Assembly (NCBI GenBank): GCA_034780895.1
Contig: JAUZTB010000087.1
Location: forward strand, 71,566,583 to 71,630,582
Length of the DNA: 64,000 bases
Direction: 5' to 3'
DNA from: Rhynchobatus australiae
Taxonomy: Eukaryota
Position 1 is the stretch's first letter. Every line of letters starts with the position of its first letter. The notes under the pieces were generated by a model, which did not search any database, had not been told where the DNA came from, and saw only the letters and a list, made by a program, of their open reading frames with translations. Made by a program: the position numbers and the translations under genes. This document shows, one piece after another, positions 11,400 to 24,345 of the stretch.

Positions 11400-13310
11400 C
11401 AGCAGGGGACCGGTATTGTGAGCAGATAGCATTAGTTAAGCCTTGCTTGGATTTAAAGCTAGCCTGCAAATCTTAAAAGGGGATGTGTATTGTGAATGGA
11501 GCAGGTGCTGGCAGGAGCTGTCTGTCAAGGTACCCGATGAAACAACACAGTTTGGTCTAACATTAGAGGCAGTGGGCTCCAAGTTTTCGGAGAGTACAGC
11601 AGGTAGAGGAGGTGGGAAGGGGAGGAATCTGCAACTACTGCATCAGAACAAAGCTTTGTCATCCTGAAGCACCCAGCTGCGAATGATGGTGCACAATTAA
11701 ACATGGAGGGGGCACAAAGACCAAAGACCATTGTCCTATTCAACAATGAAACCATGCATGTACATGCAATAGGCCGAAACATCTGCAGCAACTCTTAGAA
11801 ATGCCACGGATGATCCACCCGTCTCTATCACAGGACCCAGTCTTCACTCCACAGGATATTAAGAAGTGACCGAGACCAGTAGATACAGAAAAGGCTGTTG
11901 CGGGTCTCACAATCTGACACCTGTGGTGCTTAAGACGTGTGCTCCAAAACCAACCATGCCGCTAATTAGTTCAATAGAGCAACAACTTTGGCATATGCAC
12001 AAAGTGGAAAACTGCCCAGGTACATCACATCCAGAGACAGCAAAACAAATCCTATCCAGTTAATTATTGCCCATCATTCAACTCTCAATCAACAAAGTGT
12101 TGAAAGGAACTGATGACACTGCTATCAAGCAGCAATTAGTTAACAATGACCCGTTCATCACTGTTCAGTTTGGGTTCTGACAGGACCACTCAACTTCAAA
12201 ACCTATTAGAACCTTGTTTCAAACAGAAGACAAGAAAAGCTGAATTCCAGCGGAGAGTGGAGCATAACTGCTGTTGATATCAAGGTGTTATTTGACCAAG
12301 TGTTGAATCAAGGAGCACTCATAATGCTGAAATCAATGACAATTAAGGTGAAAACTTTCCACTGGCTGAGGTCAAACCCACACAAAGGAAAATGGCTGTG
12401 GTTGCTGATGGTCAACCATTTCAGATGCAGTCAAAGTCTAACCATCTTTAGGCACTTCATCCTTCTTAACTCACTAACAGGTCCCTTGCTTATCAGCAAA
12501 GCTGACAGGGTTTCCTTCCTTCTTAAGGTCAGAAATTGGCTCATGACTGCACAATGTTTAATCCCATTCACAACTTCTCAGGGAAAGTAATTTATCTTTG
12601 CTCACAATGAGACCCAGACAGCATCTGGACATCAACAGACGTGGTAAGCAACAAGTGCTCCATGTAAATGCCAGGCAATGACCATCTCCATCAGGAGAGA
12701 GGGCATCACATGTCTGGGCCCTCATTATGAACATCTTGGAACTCACCAGTGGGCAGAAACTCACCTTGACCAGCTATATGAATATTGTGGCCTTGAGAGC
12801 AGGAGAAAGGCTGGGTATCCTGTGGAAAATTACCTCTCTCCACCCCAAAGCATTTCCACAAGTCAAGATGGAATACTCCCCACATGCTTGGACAAGTGCA
12901 GGTCCAACATTAAGGAAAAGCAGCTGACTTGATTGGCATTGCATCTAACAGCTTAAACTTCCCAACCATCCCACTATCAGCCCAGATCCAGGACCCTATA
13001 GCTACAGTATGTACCATCTATAAAATGCACTGCTGCAATGTGTCAAGGCTTCTTTGAAAATTTCATCTAAACCCATGATCTCTATCACCTGGAAGGTGAA
13101 GGGCAACAAGCACATGAAGATCCTCCTGTAAGTCAATACACCAACATGACTTGGAAATATATCACCATTCTCTCATTGTCACAGAGCCTAAATTCTGGAA
13201 CCTCCTACCCCACAGCACCGTGACAGTAACTACATAATGACTGCAATGGTTATAAGACATTTAGGTAAGGGCAACAAATGCTGATCTTGCCAGCCATGCA
13301 CATACCCTCA
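11400..13310 (+). mobile_element. CR1/L2-group LINE (family B), long decayed copy
   Basis: PVVLKTCAP, TAVDIK.FDQV, VKMEYSPHAWTSA motifs; tail gggcaacaaatgctgatcttgccagc. Confidence 0.8.
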
Positions 13311-13889
13311 TATATATGTCACTGTTCAGCTCACCACTTCCCTATTATATACCTATCAAGAAGCTCCATCAAGTCTGGTCCACATACTTTCATCGGGCAT
13401 TCAATGAATGCACACCAATGGCCTTAACAATAAGATATTCAGTGCGATTCTCACCATTTTGGCATCTGAATTATACTCATAGCTCCCCAAATTTCAAATC
13501 ATGGATTTCCTTTGAAATGACCCATCTTACAACTATGGCCTTGAAGGTTTAAAACAAAGTACTTATAATTCTGGTTTGATGTTGGGCAATGAGTACTGCG
13601 TTAGAATAAAAACCTTTGACATGTCATCATTTGGAGAGGGGTGCTTTACAAGTAAAAGGATATAGCTGTTATTCAACACAAGTGTTGCAAGCTATANNNN
13701 NNNNNNTGCAAAAAATGAATCTCACCCCACCTTGCTTGTTTTCTTTCCAGTGTCAAGCTGAGCACATTTAGTGCCAGAATGCAGTGGATTAGACTCAGAC
13801 AAGATTAGAGGTCAGAACAAATCATTCCTTTACTGTATGTGGAACAGATTTCCGGGAGAAACAAATGATCACATGCAGCTTAACTCCTT

Positions 13890-14690
13890 TAAAAATATCA
13901 GGTCAAGAAAGATGTCTTTGCAGCAATGTCTCTTTCTGTTCCAGCTAAAACCACCAGTTGTTGAAGCCATCCATGCCTTACTTAACTCCAGACTAGTGGC
14001 CAGCTTCCCATTTGCCACCCACTGTGAACTTTAGTTCATCCAAAACCTCACTGCCTTTACCTTAAATCACACTGATGTCCAGTCACCCATCAAATCTGTG
14101 CTTACTAACTTACATTGATTCCTAGTACCTTGACCTTAATCTCCTCAATTTTGTGTTCAAATTCTTCTATGGGCTCACCCCCCCCCCCTCTACCTTCATA
14201 ACCTCTCTAAATCTTAATACACTCGTATCTCTATGATCCTCCAACTTTGACCACTTGTGCACAAATTCTCTCTTCCATTGGTGTCAATGATTTCAGTAGC
14301 TGGATTCTCGATTCTTGAGTTCACATCATAAACCAGTGCTATCTACCTCCAAGATATTCCTTAAAACCCCTCTTCAAGCAAGCCCATGGCCCCCTGATAT
14401 AATATCTCATTTTGTGGGACCATGTTGTGGTTAGGTAGGTCAATTGGATACTGTAAATTCCCTCCAGCATGTAGGTAAGTGGTAGAGTCTGGGGGAGGGT
14501 GGGAATTGATGGGAATATAGGAAGAATTAGTCAGGGAACAGGAATGCTCTAACTTGAACAATGGCTTCCTTCTATGCTGTAAGGGAATATGAAAATATGT
14601 CAATTTTTCTTTTATTATGCATTGCAAATTACTTTGGGAAGTATTACTACCTTAAAAGGAGCTAAATAAATGCAAGATTTGTTGTTGAAA
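13890..14690 (+). mobile_element. L2 LINE 3' part, interrupted by a V-SINE-type fragment (about 14425-14592)
   Basis: IHALLNSRL motif; L2 tail taaataaatgcaagatttgttgttg. Confidence 0.7.
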
Positions 14691-15433
14691 GTTTTGTCAG
14701 CACAGATAGATATGGCGATCACAGAAAGTCAATGCTTTCCACACTACAGGCCCCTTACATCTATCAGCTGTGACATAGCAGGAATTGAAAAGTGCGAGTA
14801 GAATTAATATCCAGTAGTTTTTCCTCAGCTACTTTCCCTGACACAGGAGGAACTGTATCATCCTGAAGGGTATATTAATGACTTTGTTCCTTGAGGAATC
14901 AGAGTGCCTCTTTGCAGAAAATTTGAAAAAGATATGATGAACTAAACAGCTTTCCCACCATCTCCCACATTCAGTGATTCTGGAACTTATCCTAGTAATT
15001 CTGATTGTCTTCTCATCACCCACACCGTGCCTTGATTGGAACAGTGCTTCACCAGTTCTGAAAATGAATACTCTCATTAATTTGCAGGCACTGAAAAAAA
15101 AGATTAGAATAACATTTTGAATTTTGCTGAACACAAGCAGGAAATCAAAAGATTAAATTATGACCTCTTTCCTCCAGAACTGTGATATTACTAATGCTCA
15201 GGAATGGAGTCAAAGGATTTGGATCAGGATTTCTACACCAGCTGTGTCATCAGAGACAACGATAAGCATAGGCCTGCCAGTGGAAATAGTGAGCAGAGAC
15301 TTGTTTAAGGATAGATAGAGACCGTGCGCATGTAATTTAATAATTCGTGGGAAGTGAGCAGTTTCAAGCTTTGCAATGAATCATTATTTTAGTTTCACCC
15401 CTCTCATTCCACAAGCCCATCCATATAACAGAG

Positions 15434-16260
15434 ACACAAGGGACTGCAGATGCTGGAATTGGGAGCAACAAACAAACTGCTGGAGGAGCTTAGCAGTTCA
15501 AGCAGCATTTGTGGAGGGAAATGGACACAAGACTAGGCGACCGCTTTGCCGAGCACCTGCTGTCTGTCTGTCATGACTGCTTGGAACTCCCAGTTGCTAG
15601 CCATTTTAATTCCCCTCCCCATTCCCACACCGACATATTTGTCCTTAGCTTCCTCCACCGCTAAGGTGAGGCCAAATGCAAACTAGAGGAACAGGATAGT
15701 CTACAACCCAACGGCATGAGCAGTGAATTCTCCAATTTCAGGTAATCTGTTCCCTCTCTGTGCCTTTGTCTCTCCTCCCGGTCTACACAGTTCCTCCTTC
15801 ACAAATCCAACACCACCCCGCTTCCTCCCAGCCCCCATCACCTAGTTTCTTTCCCCTCCTCTACCGTCTCCATCTGCCCATCACCCACACACTCCTCCAA
15901 ATGGGTACCTTTCCCCCACTGTTCCCATGGGCCCTCCCCACCTTTCTTATTTGGTTCCATGCTCTACCTTCCCCTCCAATTAGATTCCATCAGCTGCAGC
16001 CTTTTGTTGCTTCCACCTATCACCTCCCAGCCTCTCTTGCTATTTCCACCCTTGCCTCCTCCACCTGCCAATCACCCCGCTTCTCCTGAATCCACCTATT
16101 GCTTGTCAGCTCTTGCCCTACCTCTTCCCCTCATCTCTTTATACTGGCAATCTTCCTCTACTCTTTCAGATGAAGGGTCTCAACTCAAACCACTAACTGT
16201 CCATTTCCCTCCATAGATACTGCCTGACCCACTGAGATCCTCCAGCAGTTTCTTTTTTGT
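15434..16260 (+). mobile_element. Penelope-like element (PLE) remnant: inverted terminus, GIY-YIG C-terminal part, pLTR
   Basis: LGDRFAEHLLSVC...LPVASHFNSPPHSHTD...KCKLEEQ...LQPNGMSSEFSNF; 5' arm is the inverse of the 3' end; degenerate TSD 15416-15433 vs 16261-16278 (14/18 identical). Confidence 0.88.
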
Positions 16261-19200
16261 CCCAAACATAAAACATAGCTTCCTTAATGATAAAGGGACC
16301 ACCTATTGATTGAAAAAAAACTATGGCACCAGGCCACAACCAAGGAGCAGAGAGCAGGGAAGAGCAAGTTGACATGTACCAGGCAGACAGTGATCAGCTG
16401 GGTCAGAGGAGAGAATGACCATAATCAGATAAGGTGCTTGTCAGCAGGGAGAGAGATACTGAGATCTTCTTCAGGCAACTTTGTGGGGGGAAGATGGTCT
16501 TGTGGTTAGGTAGGGAGTGATTTTTTTTTCAAGTGTGTGGTCGTGTCCTCAGGAAGAATACATAACTCCTAGTGAACCAAAATTGACCAAAATTCCCAAC
16601 ACAAGATACAGTAGGAAACCCAATGTCAGTGTTGAACATTTTAAACAGGCTGCAAGCTGGAAAAGATATCCAAGATAATTTGTTTATCGAAATACAACTT
16701 TTCTTCTGGACACCTTGCTATGTTACAATGTCACCAAAGTCACTCCATAGATAAGAAGATAGTCCATAAATGTTAGAGTGCTGACAAACTCAAACCAGCA
16801 AAGCATCAATGTTAGACATCAAACATTCCTACATTGGACTTTCAGCAGGCTAACAATGGTACGATCAAAAGGGAGATTTACGTCAATCAAATTGGCACTG
16901 GTGTGACTTTTGCATAATCAAGTGAGAAGGGCTCAGGGAAGATTGGGGGCAACTTGGAAGAACTATTTGCTGAACTGCTCCACATTCTGATTAGTTGCCA
17001 GGGAAGTTCTGTCAAAGATCATGTCAGGTTAAGAGCCAGCAGTGATCAACATTGAAGAACAGCTTGCAAGAAAGAGAGATGTATGTGTATATGTATGCAA
17101 TACGATATAATTAAGGGATCTTATAAATACAATCAATAATATATTACTTTAACTGTGGTATTTGGTCAGCTTTGAAAAGCTGTCATGAGGAGTTCTGTGT
17201 CGTGCAGGTCTGCGAGCATTGACTAATTTACCCACCTGACCAGATTCAGGGTGAACTCCGAGTATGGGTGAAAGAGAAACCACCTACATGGGGCAATGAG
17301 GGAAGAGCTTGTGGAGATGGAGGAAGGTTCAAGGCTCAAGAATCAGTATGTGGTGGATGGAGGGGAGATCGCAATCTGGTTTGGAGCATTGCTTCCAGGG
17401 TGTAGGGAAGCAGTTGAGCCCCTTGAGCCTGGAGGAAATAGTCCTGCTCCTCCTGGGCCACAAGCAATGCTTCAACTGCTCACAGCCAATGGACCTGGCT
17501 CCTCTTGCCTAGTTTTACTGGCAGAGAGCCCAGCCAAAATGGGTAAAAATAGTAGAAAGCATACAAAAATGGAAGCATGCAATCTCCATGAAAGATTTGA
17601 TCAACTAAACCTCCTCTGGCTATTAGATTGGTCACATGCTCACTGATAAATGTGTTGTAATGACAGGAGTCAGTAGATTGAGGCTATTTTGAAATCTTTT
17701 GGATTTTAATTCTTCCCCAAATAAGAAACAATGCAGCAATTAAAATGACCCTTCATGAGACTGCAGAGGAAGTAAGCCCACTCATCTTCACTGTCAAACA
17801 AGGGACCAGTTAGCGAGTGATATGGCACTTCAGGAAGCAGAATCAGAGCTGCACAAACAGGAAAGTGACAATGGCGCTCTAAAGTCCGATGTGGTGCTTC
17901 AGGGAAAAGCAGGATCCTCAGCAAGAATCATCCAATTTGCTGCACCAGAGGTCACAATTCCACATGTGACAGTAGACAGTGAATTCAGCAGTGGGGCACA
18001 GCAGGAAGAGGAGAGGCCTGTAGAAATTTGTGAAAGATGTGGCAGTCCGAGGTCTCTCTGAACAAAAGATGTGCATTGATTTTGTGTCTCTGATGTGCTC
18101 AACATTTCAAAGTTCCAACGGAATACGTTTATCACTTTCCACATTTTGGATTCCAATTTCTAAACAATGATGATAGGCGAGCTCATGTAATATGTTCATT
18201 TCTCCTGAGACTGGGATGCCCCCCTCAGATGTTACATTCTGCTCAGTGGCAGGCTGCAGAGGCCCTATCTGCAGAAGGTTATGACAACATCCAAGATGTC
18301 ATGATTGGCAGATAATGAAAGCCCTTTCGCCCTCCAGTGCGCCTCTAGCCAATGCTACAGTTGATCCAGAATAGAGGGATTTTGGGAAGGTGTTGTATCA
18401 ATCACACAGACTTTTGTTTTTATATTTGGACAGTAACAAAGTTGGCTTAAAGAAAAAACAACAAATGCATCACCATGCTGTTTGATGCAGAGTGAAGACT
18501 AAAATCTGTTTAATGACCCTAGTTTGACCAAGAGGGATATCCATGGAAATATTCACGACAAAGTGCAGATCAAACCAGGCCAGATGCAAGATTGATGGTG
18601 GAAGGGTTGCATGGCAATACTGACAGAAATTACATGAGAAATTGTTGAGAGGCAGGCAAATAATAGATGAATATTAGAGCACAGATTTAGAGGGCCATCT
18701 TTGTATCTTTTGACAAACTGTTTGAGATATATTGGCAGTGCAAATTTTTGCTCCTCACAGGGCACTGCTTTACCGAAAGGGATCATGTCTCCATTCAATA
18801 ATGTTTGAGCCATACATTCCCTCAGAAGTTATAGGGTGGGGAATATATTTATCAGCTATTTATCATTAGTTGCTCTTCCCATTTTTGGAAGAGTCCTCCA
18901 GAGATTGATATGGTTTATCCACGATGCACTTCTCTCCATTTTATTACCCTGGGTTTTGATCATTTTTCTTGGGGTGAAAATGTCAACTTTCATTACGCTT
19001 GGAATTCAGAGGGAAAAAAAATATTACTATTGGGCAGGTAGCTAGGAAATATTGGATGGATCAGATACAGAAACTGCAGAAATAATAATAAGTATAATCA
19101 CATAAAGTATACAGAGTCACTTTATTATTCTTTTAACAATGCACTGTGGTTGTGGCTTTATATGAATAATCCAAAGCAACAGGAAGATAATTTCTTCAAT

Positions 19201-20734
19201 CTTTGCACAATGGATTGTCTCAGAGAAATTCAGGCTTCCAGGCAGGGTCATTGTAATGCTATCAGATCAGGAGACAGGGGCCCTGTGGTTTTAGGGTCAT
19301 TGTATTTGCTGAGAGATGATAGCAGCTAAGTGAGATGCTCCTGCTCCTCAGGATGAGTCCACCTCCATCAGATGGGAAGCTTGTGCACCAGGACCCAACA
19401 ACGTGCTGGGAGAATACAGGTTGTCGGCACTGAGTGAGTTGTTAATGATTCTCAAAATGTTCCCAGGTTTGGATTATCTGGATTTCTGGGACCGGAGAAG
19501 GCAGGTGGAGGTGAAGGGGGATTTACAAATCGCAAGGACAGCTCCAAAGAAGGTGGGGACAGCCTCTCCCTGAGCAGACAGCAGCTGAGAATGGAGTTGG
19601 CTGGGANNNNNNNNNNNNNNNNNNNNNNNNNNNNNNNNNNNNNNNNNNNNNNNNNNNNNNNNNNNNNNNNNNNNNNNNNNNNNNNNNNNNNNNNNNNNNN
19701 NNNNNNNNNNNNNNNNNNNNNNNNNNNNNNNNNNNNNNNNNNNNNNNNNNNNNNNNNNNNNNNNNNNNNNNNNNNNNNNNNNNNNNNNNNNNNNNNNNNN
19801 NNNNNNNNNNNNNNNNNNNNNNNNNNNNNNNNNNNNNNNNNNNNNNNNNNNNNNNNNNNNNNNNNNNNNNNNNNNNNNNNNNNNNNNNNNNNNNNNNNNN
19901 NNNNNNNNNNNNNNNNNNNNNNNNNNNNNNNNNNNNNNNNNNNNNNNNNNNNNNNNNNNNNNNNNNNNNNNNNNNNNGAGTGCAGGGGCCGGGGGGGGGG
20001 GGAGACTGAGGGAGGCACACCAAGTGTGAGCTGACAAAAAGGTAAGGAGACTGGATGGGAAACAAAAACAGGGTTGGTGGGACAGGAGGTGGTGAGAGAG
20101 AAGAGTGCATAGGCAAGGTATTAAGTGTGTGGGCACGTGTATGTGTCCATGTGCACAGAGTGCCTATGTGTGTGCTTAGAGCAAGAGTTTGCATGAGTAG
20201 GTGCACATGAGCTCCAAATTTGTGAAACAGAGCCAGCTCTCCAATCATCTTGGACCTCCTTGCCACTGGGCCAAGAACTCATTCTTTCATGACCGTGTGG
20301 GAGCTGGCTCACAATGGCCACCTAATTTGAAAAGGAAACACACCGAACTGGCGCAGAAACAAGTCAACCTCATCCCCAACAGACTGCTCACAGAACAGCA
20401 ACAGAGTAAAGAAGCCATGCTGCACGATATGATGCTTTCACTGACAGTACTGCAGTAATGACTGCAGATTGTAAGCTCCTTCCTAACAAATGATCAATTT
20501 TAAACACTTCTTCCAGGAATGAACACCTTTGAGTTGGAACCTGAACAAAGAGGCTGTCAAGAGGGGCTCGCTGTGTGCTTTCCCTGCACTCTTTGAGGCA
20601 GCATTCATCCTTCCTCACTCTAACAATACTGGAAGGGAAAAGCAATCACAATCTCCTCTTCTCCAGCACCTGCACAATCCTTTCTTGGACATTACTCTGA
20701 TGAACCTGTAGAGCCACTGGTAAACACTGAGCAC

Positions 20735-21150
20735 CCAAAAGGTTCCATCAGTCATCCCCAGCACCCAGTGAAACACCAGTATTTCTATAAGGAGGCAGGT
20801 GACCTGAACTCGCTGCTGCCCTGGGGATGAGCCAAATCAGATGAGATGCTTTACAGAAATGGGCACTTCTCACCTGTCGAATGCGAGAGAAGTCCCCAGT
20901 TTACCCCACAAATGTCTTGAATGCAAGTCCCTAGTTTGCCCCACAAATGTTTCGAGTAGATGACTTTGAAAGATCTGGAGCTGTGAACTGTGGTATGCTT
21001 CACCTCCACTGATAATGTCCTGCAGGAAGTAAGTGTTGGCCAAGTCTTCCGGCTGGTTGATTGCTTCAGTTGAGAGGTGTCTGATCTGTACTCATTACTC
21101 CTCTGTCAGGTGCTTTAAATTCTACACACAATCCAGGCAGTCTCTGGCTT
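20735..21150 (-). mobile_element. PIF/Harbinger (HARBI1-like) transposase remnant
   Basis: My translation across frameshifts: HLTEE**VQIRHLSTEAI, TLSVEVKHT, SRSF-SSTRNICG, RIRQVRSAHFCKASHLI, VLGMTDGT; collinear with Harbinger motifs up to the first catalytic Asp (GAIDGT). A 35-bp internal duplication at 20890-20955. Confidence 0.65.
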
Positions 21151-22084
21151 GCTTTGCCTCCTGCCCTCCTCCAGCCCTATTGTAATACTGGATTGGGGTG
21201 GCCCATGTGGAGGATTATTCCTGTTGAACATATGTTTTTTCAAAACATCTGTGGTGCTCATCGCACTTTGGTTTGCAAAATCAGAGGGTTGTAAAATGTA
21301 ACCAAAGGCAACCTATTACTGCAATCATTGCCACACTTCAATGATGATTGAATAAGGTTTCCAGTGACTGCCAAGGCTGAAAGCCACAAATTAGTCCAGC
21401 CCCACAATGCCTCAGGCCCTGCTGCACTTTAATTTCTTGGTTTCAGGCAAGAGAGAATGGGCCTCAAAAGAAAGAAAAGTGCTGGTCTTTTCCTTGGGGC
21501 AGAGCTTGGTGATGTGTTGGAGTGGATCACAGCAAACGTGGTCCAAAAACAAAACAATATTAAATAAAAATCAGGAAACTCTGGCATTACAAAAAAAAAG
21601 GCACTTGCATCCAAATTTCTCTCCATTTGTGCTAACAATTTGCATACTCATGTTACTTTGGTGCAGGAGAAATCTGCACAATTATTAGCACTTGGGATCC
21701 TTTCACAGTGGCTTACTGTGGTCTGATGGACTGGATGCAGGAGCAAGATGTTTCACGCATCTGAACTCACTGAGAAATTCATGATGGTACAAGCAACATT
21801 AAATCCTAACTTCATGAGCCAGAGAGGCTTCAGTCCAGTGTTTAACATCAAATGGAAGCGCAAAAGGCCTGCACTGACCTAAATTCAATCAAACTTTTCA
21901 ACTGAAAGTTTTACAACACTTTATGCATCAAATTCCACACAGTCCAGTTACAACTTTACACACATGAATCCTGCCACATCCAAGCTATGATAGTTTACAG
22001 GTCAATTTGGTAATTTTCTCTCCTGAATTGACTGCCCTTCAGCCTATCAGCATTAGCTCATTATAACTATCTCTATAATGCCAG

Positions 22085-22350
22085 CTCTACAGCGCCAACA
22101 ACCCAGGTTCAATTCCAGCCGCTGTCTGTAAGGAGTTGATATGTTCTCCCCGTGTCTGCATGGGTTTCCTCTGGGTGCTCTGGTTTCCTCCCACATTCCA
22201 AAAAAGGCATATGGGTTAGGAAGTTGTGGGCATGCTATGTTGGCGCCGGAACTGTGGCAGTACTTGTGGGGGCTGCCCCCAGAACACTCTGTGCAAAAGG
22301 TGCATTTCACTGTGTGCTTCAATGTACAAGTGACTAATAAAGATATCTTA
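22085..22350 (+). mobile_element. V-SINE (HE1-like)
   Basis: B box ggttcaattcc; V-domain ttctccccgtgtctgcatgggtttcctctgggtgctctggtttcctcccacattccaaa. Confidence 0.85.
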
Positions 22351-22354
22351 ATGC

Positions 22355-22775
22355 TGTTCAAATGCAGTACTGAGGCAGTGCTGCAATGTTGGACATGTTG
22401 TCTTTTAAATGAGGCACTAAACTCATAGCCCAACACTCAAATGGAAGTTAAATATTACAGCACTATTTTGAAGAGCAGGGGAGCTTTCCAATTTTTCTGA
22501 CCAACATTTATCCTAAAATCAACATGACTAGAACAGATGTTAAAACAGAAAATACTAGAAACACTCAAGGGGTCAGGCAGCATCTGTAGAAAGGGATAAT
22601 ATTTCAGGCGGAAATGTGAAATGTAATAGATTGCTTGGTAATTATCATATTTCTGTTAGTGTGACTTTGTAGTGCGCCATGCACTACTGCATTTCAAAAT
22701 TACTTCTCTAGCCACGAAGCCTGTAATGGAATGTCCTGAGGTTGTGATAGATGTATTTATAAATACAAGTTCATT
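22355..22775 (+). mobile_element. DeuSINE (SacSINE1/AmnSINE1-like), with a PLE arm inserted at about 22540-22625
   Basis: Deu-domain gcagtactgagg.agtgctgca...cactattttgaagagcagggga and L2-type tail. Confidence 0.75.
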
Positions 22776-23419
22776 CTTTTTTAATAAGCGTTTGACTTGT
22801 CCACATCTCTAGACAAACCCCAGAAAATAGTTCTGCAGCAGTGCAGACATAAATCAGTTTGTAAGTAGTAATTGTAGGATGTATTGAAATGTGCTGTCAG
22901 ATGGCTCTTAAATACATGACAATATTCCTAAAGAGGTACTTTCACTTCCCCTCTCATTATTTCCATAGCAACATTGCATTTCCATTCCAGTCACTGCGAC
23001 AGAGTTGAATATTAAAGGAAGCCCAGCCAAATTAGCAGTTACCATTTGGATAAGTCAGGAAGCACAAAAGAACCTGCAATTTCAGCAATAGCAACCTATC
23101 ACACTTCTCTTGGAAATTCCCCAAATATACCGCAGTGATTTTTGAAAAGAACATCCCATGATGTGCATGCAATTTTAAAACAGCAGCCTTACAAATAGAG
23201 TATGCAATAAGAAATTAATTCCTGCTGCTGATCACAAATCAAAGGCCTTCACCAATGACAATTGGACTTTCACTTCAATGTATCTCCTATCAACTCAGGC
23301 TGTGGATCATAAGGTTTCTTCCAATCAGCATTAACTGAGGAAGCTTGTTGCTTGGGCCGCCATTATAATTGAGCTGCTTCATTGTCATAAATAAGGCATG
23401 AATATGTGCAAAACAATGA

Positions 23420-23825
23420 GATCTCCAAGGCCTTACAGTCTTCTAAACCAAGCACCTTATTCCGAGCTCTGTCATGAGAAAAGATATCAGCCCAACAGAG
23501 AGAAAAATTTAATGGTGTACTCAAAGCCTCCTTGAAGAAATCAAACATCCCCACTGACTCTTGGGAATCTCCAGTTCATGAATGCTCAAAGTTGAGCAGA
23601 AGCATTCCAAAAGGTATCAAGAACCTCAAAGCCATGCACCAGGAACACCAGAGGCCCTGTGTAAGTCATGGAAAGAGCCATTCCACCTCACCTGCCCCAT
23701 CAGCCACTGCTACCCCATCTATTAAAGAGTTTACTCTTCCCACATTAGCCGCATCAGCCACCTCAATAAACACAAAATCAGGGTAGAAGTAAGTCTACCT
23801 TGATCCCGAGGGACTGCCTGAGAAG
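23420..23825 (+). mobile_element. RTE LINE 3' fragment
   Basis: YSELCHEKR...VLKASLKKSNIPTDSWES; tail gatcccgagggactgcc. Confidence 0.85.
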
Positions 23826-23914
23826 GTTCTTTCATGCACCAATGCCCTGCTGATCCTGCCAAAGTTCACAGGATCATCTTGTTTAAACACAAACAGATGC
23901 TGAGGCAATGTAAC

Positions 23915-24345
23915 TCCCATCTGAAGTATTAGGTTCAAGTCACTCTGCAGAGCTCAAAAATAGAGGCTGACACTCCACAGCATAACTGAGAAAATGTTGT
24001 ACTTAGACTTTCAGACAAGACTTAGAGCTTAATCCATTTCGCAGGTTAAAGGAATCCACGCATCATTTTTGAAGAATATGGGATTTCTTCCTGTTTTCTT
24101 GCAGGATGAAAGCAAATTATCACTTTTGCTAATGATTCACTTTTTCCTCTCAGAATTAACACCCCTCAGACCAATATTTATAGTTGAATTACATCCTTAA
24201 TACTGGGACTTTGCTGTACACAAGTTGGCTGCCACATATTCTACATTACAATAGTGGTTATACTGCAAAAATACTTCATAGGTATGAAATGGTTTGAAAT
24301 ATCCTGCACTATGAAAGGGGTCACAAAAGTGAAAATCTTTCTTTC
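23915..24345 (+). mobile_element. DeuSINE, decayed
   Basis: ggttcaagtcactc head; gggactttgctgtacacaagttggctgcc...caaaaatacttcat tail. Confidence 0.65.
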
